A DNA stretch of 64,000 bases from Thermodesulfobacteriota bacterium. Lineage in GTDB: Bacteria; Desulfobacterota_D; UBA1144; Nemesobacterales; UBA2774. Under the pieces are notes generated by a model, which did not search any database, was not told the origin of the DNA, and saw only the letters and a list, made by a program, of their open reading frames with translations. Location of the stretch: the NCBI GenBank assembly GCA_965223335.1, contig OZ244991.1, positions 2,272,001 through 2,336,000 on the forward strand. Reading direction: 5' to 3'. Of the stretch, positions 29,416-38,192 are shown piece by piece. Made by a program: the position numbers and the translations under genes. Every line of letters begins with the position of its first letter. Within the stretch, counting starts at the first letter, position 1.

Positions 29416-29889
29416 CTTTATATTATCATCTCGAACCCATCCTAACCATCCCTATTCAATGATAAATTAACTCAGATTCCATTTACAAAGCCCTAGGATT
29501 TAAGTCACATATCCATACCCTATCCACATTGTTTCTATATCAATTTGGAACATGAAAGTTAAATATAATTTTATTTGCTCTATTTTGGTTATTTTCATTA
29601 ATAAATTTGTTTTCTCCACACTCTATCAACATACAAAATATAACACTTAAAGTAATTATTATGCAATATTAATAGTATGTTAACGCGCATACATAAACCG
29701 CGTAAATTAGATATCCACATTCGTTATATACAATCGTATCATGGGAATATTGATAAATAATTTAACAAAAAATAGCAATATGTGATATAATGGCGTTTAG
29801 GTGATGGGTTGAGTTTCTAACATATACTAGACACTCAATTTTTAGTGTATTCAGCTATAAAGATTAACCTAATTCAGGAGGGTTTAGGT

Positions 29890-30816
29890 ATGAGACAAAT
29901 CAACTACCTAAAGGTATGTATAGTTTTACTATTGTCAGCTTTTGTTTTATCCCCCACAGCCCACAGCGGCAGCACTGGGCCTGTGTTTCCCAACATTGAC
30001 GGCACAGACTCCTCTTTCCAGCTCTTTTACTACTTCGACCTGCGCGAGCGCGAGTCCTACATCCAGGTCATGAATCGCAGCTCTAGCCCCGTAGACATCC
30101 ACGTCCAGGTCTACATCCCCAATTCCACTGCCGTAGATTGCGAGGAGATCGACCACTACGACACTTTGACCCCATTCGATGTCCACATTTTCAATATGCG
30201 CAGCATGGTCCCAAACGACCCCTCTATGCATCCATCAGGGATAGGCAGCCCCTCCGACAACACGGCAGGCTTTGTCATCATCACTGTAGTCGATGCATCA
30301 CGCGACGCTGTTAACAACCCCGTGCTCATCGGCAACTTCCGTATAGTGGACTCTTCAGGCTTCGAGTACCGCACCAACGCCGCAGGGTTTCCGCCTACAA
30401 GCTTCGTCACCCAGACCTACACATTTAATTTCGATAAAGACACTGGGGCCGATTTCTCAGACGTCGTAGGCATAGCACTTGACAATGTAGGCGTAGGACA
30501 CAGCATCGTAAATGCCAGTCCAACGATCTTTGTCACATTCGAAGCCCAGATATTCGACGACGACGAGTTTTTCAATAGCTGCAGCCCTGTACAGTTCAAT
30601 TGCAGTGCATCAAATTTTAGTTACGGCATTGATGGTTCTATCCCTAGTTCCAGGGACGGAAGCTTAATATGTCCCAATAGTATTGACCGAGGCTTCACAC
30701 GCCTTACCACCGACGGCCCATTTGCCAGCTCCAATGCCGACGGGTTCGTAGGCTTTGTGGGGTTAAATAACGGCACCAACATTGGCAGCATGGTCCCGTT
30801 CATCGCTTCACCGTAA
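29890..30816 (+). CDS. Secreted hypothetical protein (308 aa from ATG 29890)
   Basis: SD CAGGAGG, signal peptide, extended -10 TGATATAAT at 29783-29791; paralog of next gene (IQVMNRSSSPVDIHVQVY vs LQVRNSSLSFPVSVHINIF; TLTPFDVHIF vs TFTPGDIHTY). Confidence 0.8.
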   Translation: MRQINYLKVCIVLLLSAFVLSPTAHSGSTGPVFPNIDGTDSSFQLFYYFDLRERESYIQVMNRSSSPVDIHVQVYIPNSTAVDCEEIDHYDTLTPFDVHIFNMRSMVPNDPSMHPSGIGSPSDNTAGFVIITVVDASRDAVNNPVLIGNFRIVDSSGFEYRTNAAGFPPTSFVTQTYTFNFDKDTGADFSDVVGIALDNVGVGHSIVNASPTIFVTFEAQIFDDDEFFNSCSPVQFNCSASNFSYGIDGSIPSSRDGSLICPNSIDRGFTRLTTDGPFASSNADGFVGFVGLNNGTNIGSMVPFIASP

Positions 30817-30849
30817 TCGCACAAAACTCACTGCAATTGGAGGCTAAAA

Positions 30850-31980
30850 ATGAAAACAACAAACAATTACATGAAATTATCAACAATATTTATTTTAATA
30901 GTCCTTATATCCCTACCCATACACTCAAGGGCACAAGAGGTCTGCCCCCCCGAAACCACAGACAACGGTGCCATAAGGCTCCTTCTCGATCCCCCTTCCC
31001 TTGCCACCATATTCACCGGTGCACTGCTCGGCACCAAAGAACGTATAAGCGGCAAGACCTCTGGGGGTATGAACTGGCTCCATACCGATAACGAGAGTTT
31101 CGCCACCTCATCCACCGGCGCTCAGCTAATCGGATGGTGGAACCAAAAGGGCAACAGCAACACCACTTTACAGGTACGCAACTCAAGCCTTTCTTTCCCC
31201 GTAAGCGTCCACATCAATATATTCGACGAAAACTGCCTCGAGATACGCGACTACTGCGATACCTTTACCCCCGGCGACATCCACACCTACGATCTCAGCT
31301 ATCTAGTTACAAATACAGGTGCTACAATATTCGCGGGTAATCTCGACAACAAAGAGGGTTTCTTAACTGTAACAGCCGTTGCAGACTGCGGTGCCGATAA
31401 TCGCGCAATCGGCTTCCCTCTACTCGAAGGCGACTTAAAAATCACTGAAAACTCGCGTAATTATCAATACGGCGCCAAAATGTGGGCCCGCGATAACGAC
31501 ACCATGTTCGATTGCACGCTTACAATACCCTCTGGCCACAACATTCTTGATAATGTAGGCGACTGCAAGCTACGCACAATACGTCCCAACACACTCGATA
31601 CAGTGTTCTCTACCGTTCCCGGATCGAATCAGCGCAACGCCGATCTTGTTGTCATAGCCTTTAGCGAGTCCTACACTCCATTTTATCAACCTCTTCCCGG
31701 CACTATGGCCATCGCCCCGCCAATAATGTACGATACGGATGAGAACGCCAACCTATGCCCCAACTATTTAGTTACTTGCTTCGATCGCAAGGGCTTAAAC
31801 GATGTATTATCGATTAATACTCCCCCGGATACCCCAGGCGGAGGGCCTCCCCCTGGTGCAGGGCCTCCTGGTGGTGGTGGACCCCCAGGGCCGCCGTTTC
31901 CACCCCCGGGACCTCCTCCCAGCGTAGGGCCGCCATCTGGACCCCTCGGACCGCCATTTATACCTCCGGGACGCCGTTAA
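30850..31980 (+). CDS. Secreted hypothetical protein with Pro/Gly-rich C-terminus
   Basis: SD GGAGG, signal peptide, GPP repeats. Confidence 0.8.
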   Translation: MKTTNNYMKLSTIFILIVLISLPIHSRAQEVCPPETTDNGAIRLLLDPPSLATIFTGALLGTKERISGKTSGGMNWLHTDNESFATSSTGAQLIGWWNQKGNSNTTLQVRNSSLSFPVSVHINIFDENCLEIRDYCDTFTPGDIHTYDLSYLVTNTGATIFAGNLDNKEGFLTVTAVADCGADNRAIGFPLLEGDLKITENSRNYQYGAKMWARDNDTMFDCTLTIPSGHNILDNVGDCKLRTIRPNTLDTVFSTVPGSNQRNADLVVIAFSESYTPFYQPLPGTMAIAPPIMYDTDENANLCPNYLVTCFDRKGLNDVLSINTPPDTPGGGPPPGAGPPGGGGPPGPPFPPPGPPPSVGPPSGPLGPPFIPPGRR

Positions 31981-32000
31981 ACAATATAGAACTCATAATA

Positions 32001-32024
32001 GGGGATGTTAACCTCAACATCCCC
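32001..32024 (+). terminator. Hairpin after the secreted pair
   Basis: GGGGATGTT-AACCTC-AACATCCCC; weak U-tract. Confidence 0.45.
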
Positions 32025-32111
32025 ATTCTCCCCCCGCATCCGACCCAGCTTCACCCAGTTGTCATATGATTTCAGGCACTTAAGTAGCTTTATCAAACCC
32101 AAAAAGGGCAT

Positions 32112-32140
32112 AAAAAAAGGAGGCCGAAGCCTCCTTTTTT
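32112..32140. terminator. Bidirectional intrinsic terminator
   Basis: A7-GGAGGC-CGAA-GCCTCC-T6. Confidence 0.9.
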
Positions 32141-32344
32141 CTTCCAGACCCGTGGAGATCCGTATTCACACCTAATTCCATCATCCTCTAGTCTTCCGGT
32201 CGCCGCTGTTCGCGTTCGAGCCCTGTTATCTCCATAACAGTTATCGTTCCACCTAAACTCGAATTAATTTATTCAATAATTCCAGGGCTTAAACCGCAAG
32301 TCCCATCATCATTCTTTAAGTTATCTCCTCTACTACTTTAACTT
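32112..32344 (-). ncRNA. Candidate GGA-rich sRNA
   Basis: TTGACA (32381-32376) and TATAAT (32356-32351), no sizeable ORF, 11 GGA motifs, terminator. Confidence 0.35.
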
Positions 32345-32439
32345 TGATATATTATATATCAAAATCACACCACTTTGTCAAGTAGTCTCAAAAATTATAT
32401 TCAAATGTTTGTTGGAGTGAATGATGATTCAGCTAAATA

Positions 32440-32685
32440 TTATTTCCAGAATTCTTCTTTCGGAATACCCAATCTGCGCAAGCAAGCATCTATAGTACCT
32501 ACTCTTAAGACATCATTATCACTATGATGTTTAATCGGGTATGTAGGACCTTTGTTACTCCCCGGTTCTGTTGGTCTAAGTAAGACAATTTCGCTACCTT
32601 TACCCCTTCCCTTAATTATCTGCACATTGTACTTTTTTAGCTTTTTGAATAATTCTCGAAACCGCAGTGGACGTGCTCTAGCCAT
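32440..32685 (-). CDS. hicA: HicA-family toxin (dsRBD-like fold)
   Basis: RELFKKLKKY...RGKGSE...PIKHH...GTIDACLRRLGIPKEEF pattern; adjacent to HicB-like gene. Confidence 0.8.
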   Translation of the reverse strand: MARARPLRFRELFKKLKKYNVQIIKGRGKGSEIVLLRPTEPGSNKGPTYPIKHHSDNDVLRVGTIDACLRRLGIPKEEFWK

Positions 32686-32769
32686 AACAACTCTAATAGT
32701 TGGTTATTATGGTTTTGTCAATAAACGATGAATTAATAGACTAGTGATTTAATGTCGGATGGAATATTT

Positions 32770-33105
32770 TTATAAGTGATCAACTACATCACTTTGCCAC
32801 TTGATGATGTTCCATATGAAATTCTTGTCAATATCATGGAACTCATTTTGTGTAGTTTCATCATCATAAGGTGTAGCATTGTCTTTTAAAGCCCAGTATT
32901 TATCTGGTGCACGATGATAAAAATAGTCCCAGTTGTCATTCTCGATAGTATATTCGACATGTGCTTTAATAAGATCCTCAATGTCACACCTCGCCTGCTC
33001 CATCGTGTTTGCGCTTGTTACAATATCGAGTTGTAGACAATGAGCAACAAACTGATTATCTTCTCTGTAAAATACTACATCTAATTTGATTGTTTGTTCA
33101 GCCAT
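32770..33105 (-). CDS. hicB: HicB-family antitoxin without an obvious DNA-binding domain
   Basis: YREDNQFVAHCLQLDIVTSANTMEQARCDIEDLI partial RNase H fold pattern. Confidence 0.8.
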   Translation of the reverse strand: MAEQTIKLDVVFYREDNQFVAHCLQLDIVTSANTMEQARCDIEDLIKAHVEYTIENDNWDYFYHRAPDKYWALKDNATPYDDETTQNEFHDIDKNFIWNIIKWQSDVVDHL

Positions 33106-33312
33106 AGTTATTTATGAAGCATTAACTCTACCAACTTGATCAAGTTGGTATATGTTAATTTTTACATCAAAGCATGTGAACAGTCAAGACAGATTAACAA
33201 CATATCGAATATATATTTAACGATAACAGGTGGTTATGTAGTTTGCAGCAAATGATGAATAGATTCAGTCAATTGATCATATTCAATTTATTAGATGTAA
33301 TTGATTTCCCCC

Positions 33313-33849
33313 TCAAATAGTCTTCCCACTATCCACCCTTGCCTGCATATCCTGCGTAAACTGCTTAGCATCCCCACTGGCTTTGCTGCGCTTCGACTCC
33401 CGCTCCTGAGCACGAAGGGCAAACTCCCTCCATATCTCGTCGAGCCCTACAATAATCAGAAAGGCCCTACTCCGCCGGTAATTCTCAAACTCAAACTCTC
33501 GCAAGTTGTTCCAAATCTCTGAATGCACCAGCGTCCCCACGGTCATACCCTGTCCATAGCGCTGCGACTGGCAAAGCTGCCAGAGCCCCATCCACTCCTG
33601 CTCCTGCGGTGCCAGGCCCGTGATTATCGCCTCCGTGTCGGCTTTTGCCCTCTTGAGCGCACGCAGCTCTCCCGCATCCGATTTATCAAAGGGCAGTTTG
33701 TTCTTTCGTCTAAGCCGCTTTTTGTCTTCTAGGGTTTCTATGCGTCTTCCGACGGCTTCGTGGGAGTATCGTCTTTTTTCTTTTTGGAAACGTACTTCGT
33801 ATCCTTCGTAGATCCGCTCGAAGTATCTTCTACACGAGGCGTAAAATTT
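33313..33849 (-). CDS. Tail assembly chaperone T portion (gpGT-like, made by -1 frameshift; fusion about 331 aa)
   Basis: Frame open from just after TGA 33855-33853 through the ORF 33313..33591; overlaps the G ORF. Confidence 0.8.
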   Translation of the reverse strand, partial: KFYASCRRYFERIYEGYEVRFQKEKRRYSHEAVGRRIETLEDKKRLRRKNKLPFDKSDAGELRALKRAKADTEAIITGLAPQEQEWMGLWQLCQSQRYGQGMTVGTLVHSEIWNNLREFEFENYRRSRAFLIIVGLDEIWREFALRAQERESKRSKASGDAKQFTQDMQARVDSGKTI

Positions 33850-34307
33850 TCCTCATCGCGTTTTTCCTCCTTATTCACCTTCCCCGCAATAAGTTCATAG
33901 CTCGTGCGGAAATTACTCAGCAAAAAAGACGACTTGCAGAACTCCGTATACAGCCACTCCTTGGTGCGCTTGTCATAAAGCACCCTCTCCCCCTGGTCCG
34001 TAAGCCCCATCACATCCTGCACCAGGTTATAGACCAGAAATTTCGCAGCCTTCTTCGGGTCCCCGCCCAAAATTTTGAAACTCTTATCCTCCACGGTCAG
34101 GTCCTGTGTCAAATCCCTTATCTGGCTTAGCCTCGCCACGGTAGGGTAAGGGCACTTAAACCCTATCTCCTTCCACCCCTCGTCATAAGTGACCCACTCA
34201 CCACTCTCATTCTGGTAAGTGGGCCAGTCCTCGTCCTCAATCTCATTATACGGATATATCGTCACGTAATTGCTCACGTGCTTTGTCAAACTCGATAATT
34301 CCGGCAT
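33738..34307 (-). CDS. Tail assembly chaperone (gpG-like)
   Basis: Between tail tube and TMP region; strong SD AGGAGGGG; slippery site. Confidence 0.85.
   Translation of the reverse strand: MPELSSLTKHVSNYVTIYPYNEIEDEDWPTYQNESGEWVTYDEGWKEIGFKCPYPTVARLSQIRDLTQDLTVEDKSFKILGGDPKKAAKFLVYNLVQDVMGLTDQGERVLYDKRTKEWLYTEFCKSSFLLSNFRTSYELIAGKVNKEEKRDEENFTPRVEDTSSGSTKDTKYVSKKKKDDTPTKPSEDA
33843..33849 (-). other. Programmed -1 frameshift heptamer A AAT TTT
   Basis: X XXY YYZ in the reading frame of 33738..34307 (codons GAA AAT TTT). Confidence 0.8.
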
Positions 34308-34371
34308 ACATCCCCCTCCTCACTCTCTAGTGTTATTTAATTATTAGGTTTTTGTCAGTATTGGTTAATTC

Positions 34372-35856
34372 CTATGATACGCTCTCAAGCACGTACTCAA
34401 GTGTAGGCTGGTTGTTCTTCACCGTCACACGCACGTCTGTTCCCGTCACAGTATCCAACCTGCCCAAGAAGCTCTTATCGTCCGTTACCGGATCTTTCGA
34501 GCCCACTCCCGGGTGCGGCTGCCCCTCGAACTTAGCCTTTGGAATATACACACCCACCTGGTGGTTATTGTCCCCGATGTAGGTCCAGGTAAAGTCAAGC
34601 TCTGTCTCTGTACCGGCTACGGTCTTCTCTGCAAACTGCTGCGTTTCGTACTGGTATGTAAACGACCCGCTCACAGAACCCTCACCTGGCGTAATAGCAC
34701 CTTTTAGCGGCGAGCCCACCACAAAATTACCCTGCATCGTGTTCTCGATCACCACACTCAGGTTCTCAAACTGGTTCGTTACCTGCTCCGTGTCATCCAC
34801 GCTCACCTTTGCCTCCCAGTGCGCATATGGGATGTGCTCAATCGAGTTCGGTGTACCGAATATGTTCTCAGATAGTATCTGGAAAGCCTTTGCCACAAAG
34901 TTCATGTTCATCGTCGGCAAATCGCTTGGGTCCACGTTAAGCGTCAGGTTGCTTGCTCTTCCGCCCCTAATCAGCACAATTGACTCAATATCAGCAAACC
35001 TAAGCATAAAACTCACACCCGCCGGCAGGTTCGTTCCCCTTATGACCGTGTGTGTGTAAGGCCCCGTCACCTCATCCACTACCTCCGAGTTTGCATGATC
35101 AAGCCTAAGACCGTTAGGATGATATGCTGTATCCAGCGGTATTGTTGTTCCACTAGGTGTGCCAGCTTTAATGATTTCTGCACCGCTCCCTGTTCCAACC
35201 TGTAGAAACATACCAGCCGTTATACCGGTCGCGCTTGTAACTTCGATACTTGTATCCCCTCTGGCCCCAGCTAATGATAGCGTAGTATTTGCCCCCGCAG
35301 CTGTAACACCTGTGGTCCCATAGTCACAGTTAAGCGCATGCATAAACATCATCCCTGCCGATGCCAGGTCAAGCTCAGCCACTATGTCCATCCCCGCGTC
35401 ATAGTTACCTTCTCTAAAGTTAGACAACACTCTCGTACCGCTAAGAGTCTGCGACCTGTGCAGATCCCTGCCCCCGGTCGGTGTAAACGACCTTATGTTC
35501 CCGAGCCTGTACCAGTCCCCCGTGGGGTCCACCTCTAGGATTGCCTCCCCACTTTCGTGCCTCAGGTTTATCTTGGTATTCGTATCAATCGCGACAGTCG
35601 TACCGCTTACATAGGTGCTGTCGACTATTACGAATTCCATATTGTTATCATTACCGATCCTAAGGATATCCCCGGCCGCAATGTTCGTATCAGAAGCAAC
35701 GACTATGGACGTCTCCCCTGGGTTTACTGCATCTGAAAGGGTAGTACTTGCCCCCCCGCCCACCGTAGTTGCAGGCGTTACACCGTTATCATATTCAATC
35801 TTATACCATACTTCCGCAGCAGACCCCGAGGCCTGCCCAACTGATCCCTGTGCCAT
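34372..35856 (-). CDS. Major tail tube protein with two inserted beta-modules
   Basis: C-terminal VSGSFTYQYE...VYIPKAKF...VRVTVKN tube pattern; position before the chaperones. Confidence 0.85.
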   Translation of the reverse strand: MAQGSVGQASGSAAEVWYKIEYDNGVTPATTVGGGASTTLSDAVNPGETSIVVASDTNIAAGDILRIGNDNNMEFVIVDSTYVSGTTVAIDTNTKINLRHESGEAILEVDPTGDWYRLGNIRSFTPTGGRDLHRSQTLSGTRVLSNFREGNYDAGMDIVAELDLASAGMMFMHALNCDYGTTGVTAAGANTTLSLAGARGDTSIEVTSATGITAGMFLQVGTGSGAEIIKAGTPSGTTIPLDTAYHPNGLRLDHANSEVVDEVTGPYTHTVIRGTNLPAGVSFMLRFADIESIVLIRGGRASNLTLNVDPSDLPTMNMNFVAKAFQILSENIFGTPNSIEHIPYAHWEAKVSVDDTEQVTNQFENLSVVIENTMQGNFVVGSPLKGAITPGEGSVSGSFTYQYETQQFAEKTVAGTETELDFTWTYIGDNNHQVGVYIPKAKFEGQPHPGVGSKDPVTDDKSFLGRLDTVTGTDVRVTVKNNQPTLEYVLESVS

Positions 35857-35974
35857 CTATTTTACCTCCCGGTTTTTTTCTTTCTTTGTATGCTTGGTTT
35901 TAATTCTGGTGGGTTTAATTCTTAAATCTTTATCTATCCAACCCCAACTGCTACTGCCGTAAGCTACCTACATA

Positions 35975-36682
35975 TTATTGACAATATATGATCCTCGGGT
36001 GAGGCTCAACTGTAGTGCTATTGTTAGTAATAGCAATATTCTCCTTAAGCTCAACGTATTCTCTTATCATTGGTACATACCAACGCATACTATTAAGGAA
36101 ACAATTCGGAGAATAACCATTAGCTAAGGCATTGCGTTCATCGGCTGTTAGAGTCCTGTCCCATAATGCAGCCTCAGCCGAACGTCCATTCTGGTAAGAG
36201 TTACTCAGGTGTCTATTGAGAGCATAAAACGATATGTTAAAAGTGGATGCACCTTGGTTGGCATTAGTAGTTGATCCCTTTGACACACCATCTAAGAACA
36301 TCTCAAAAACATCACCGGATCGCTGCATATAGAAATGCACCCAGTCAGTGTTCGACCTAAAATATGTGTCACTAGACGATACACCCACAGCATCCGTATC
36401 GTCATCATCTAATTCAAACCTCATTACACCTTCACCACCACCTGACCCATATATAAAAACCTCAAGTTGAAACTCATCAAAATCCAAAACATAAGAACGT
36501 AAGCCTGTATCAGCATCTCGCTGAATCCAAATACTAAGTGACCAATCCCCGTCAGGGAAATCTAATGCTGCATTGTCTGCAAATGTGAAGTTTTCTCCAG
36601 AGGCATCAGATAAGAATGCAGCCTCGGAAGAGCTTGCAAATACAAATACGAAAAGTAAGAGTATTAATATATATTTTTTCAT
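35975..36682 (-). CDS. LamG/concanavalin-like domain protein with signal peptide
   Basis: WSLSIWI, WVHFYM, MFLDGV, NGRSAEAALWDRTLT LamG pattern; MKKYILILLLFVFVFASSSEA. Confidence 0.8.
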   Translation of the reverse strand: MKKYILILLLFVFVFASSSEAAFLSDASGENFTFADNAALDFPDGDWSLSIWIQRDADTGLRSYVLDFDEFQLEVFIYGSGGGEGVMRFELDDDDTDAVGVSSSDTYFRSNTDWVHFYMQRSGDVFEMFLDGVSKGSTTNANQGASTFNISFYALNRHLSNSYQNGRSAEAALWDRTLTADERNALANGYSPNCFLNSMRWYVPMIREYVELKENIAITNNSTTVEPHPRIIYCQ

Positions 36683-38109
36683 TATTGATTCCTTATTTCC
36701 AATGCAACCAACTCGGCATCACCAGTTGCAGTATCGCTGGTAGCATCTCTGGTAAGTTTTATTCTACATGCTTCACCAGCCGAGCAGCTGTCCATCTGCG
36801 CCCCGTCAGTAAAAGAAATAGAAATAACGTCTACATTGCCCGAGGTAGCGGGGACAGTTGTATTGTCTAAACTCAGAGCAGTAGCAAAACTATCTGTATC
36901 CAAGTCTTGTTGTTGATCACCTATCCGCTCAAATGCTACATCCCAATCTATATCACCGGTTGTTGCAGATGTCATGGCGTAATGTATATAAACAGTCACC
37001 CCACCAGATGTATAGTTCTGTGGCATAACAAAGCTAAAGACCGTATCCTCATTAGTTGTATCGTCAAAATCTAGAACAGGATGTGAGTTACGTAAATCAT
37101 TAGTTGCAAAATTAGATGCAGGAGGTTGTCCTTGTTTTGGATTAAACGAAACTAAAGTGGCAATCTCTGTACCTAAAGCAACTATAGTCTTAGTTCCATT
37201 ATTACAAGCTTTCCAATGTGTCTCAGATAAATCAGCAAATAGTTTATACTCACCTGCATTACAGAAAGGATCAGTATCATCATCGGTAAGCTCCAGATAA
37301 CCACCCCCTAACCTGTCCCCAACATCTATGTCATCACCCACTGTGATATCGGTCTCTACATTTAAAGTTGCTCCACCTGTTCCGACATTCCATAAGTCAA
37401 TTTCTTCTAATCCTGTTGTGTTAGCCTCAACTCGTAAATCGTTATCTGTATCTTCTACAAACACATCAAACTGAGTACCTGTTTCAGGCAAAAAGGTTAT
37501 TTTTGGTGAATCTCCAGTTGAATCATCTACAGTAACTGCCCCTGTCATTGTCCCCCCGCTAAGTGGCAGGTAGTTAGACGTAGTGATGGTATCCGGCACA
37601 TCCGCATCTGTAATAGCCGAGCATGTCAGGTTCCCACTAGCGTCAATCGTTGTCGCATACTGGTTAGCACCGCAATCTGTGGGGTTCGTGGCTAAAGCTG
37701 TTGCAGCATCAATCGTAATGTCATTAGGCACATCCGCATCTGTAATAGCCGAGCATGTCAGGTTCCCGCTCGCATCTATCGTGGTCGCATATTGATTAGC
37801 ACTACAGTCAGTCGGATTTGTAGCCAGAGCTGTTGCAGCATCACAAGTCGGCCAATTGTTGCCCAGATTGATCAGCATCTTATCTGCCGAGGGCTCTGTA
37901 AACACACTGTTCGTGTCCCCAGTCGTTGCAATCTCTAAAATGCCAGTGGATTCGTTGCTGGCATCATCACCTAGGTCAAGCGCAGCGGACGAGCCACTAC
38001 CCCCGCCCCCTCCCGGGGCCGGATCATTGTTAAGCGGATCCACCACTATTTGCGCATTGGCATATGCTGCCAACAAAACAAGCACTAGTGTTATGAAAAA
38101 TTTATGCAC
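36682..38109 (-). CDS. Tail-fibre/adhesin-like beta-rich protein with signal peptide
   Basis: YLPLSGGTMTGAV fibre-type motif; internal repeat; GTG start. Confidence 0.65.
   Translation of the reverse strand: MHKFFITLVLVLLAAYANAQIVVDPLNNDPAPGGGGGSGSSAALDLGDDASNESTGILEIATTGDTNSVFTEPSADKMLINLGNNWPTCDAATALATNPTDCSANQYATTIDASGNLTCSAITDADVPNDITIDAATALATNPTDCGANQYATTIDASGNLTCSAITDADVPDTITTSNYLPLSGGTMTGAVTVDDSTGDSPKITFLPETGTQFDVFVEDTDNDLRVEANTTGLEEIDLWNVGTGGATLNVETDITVGDDIDVGDRLGGGYLELTDDDTDPFCNAGEYKLFADLSETHWKACNNGTKTIVALGTEIATLVSFNPKQGQPPASNFATNDLRNSHPVLDFDDTTNEDTVFSFVMPQNYTSGGVTVYIHYAMTSATTGDIDWDVAFERIGDQQQDLDTDSFATALSLDNTTVPATSGNVDVISISFTDGAQMDSCSAGEACRIKLTRDATSDTATGDAELVALEIRNQ
37579..37842 (-). 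repeat. Intragenic tandem duplication, 132 bp (44 aa) x2
   Basis: DAATALATNPTDCxANQYATTIDASGNLTCSAITDADVP twice with synonymous differences. Confidence 0.9.
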
Positions 38110-38192
38110 TTTTCTACATTTCCCCCTTATGAGAATATGAAACTGCTTATTAATACTCCTATGTTATGTATGCACTAAAGGTGTTTAGGATC

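Noticed and set aside
29890..31980. Host assignment from the secreted-protein family
   Set aside because: No marker gene in the window and no database search possible
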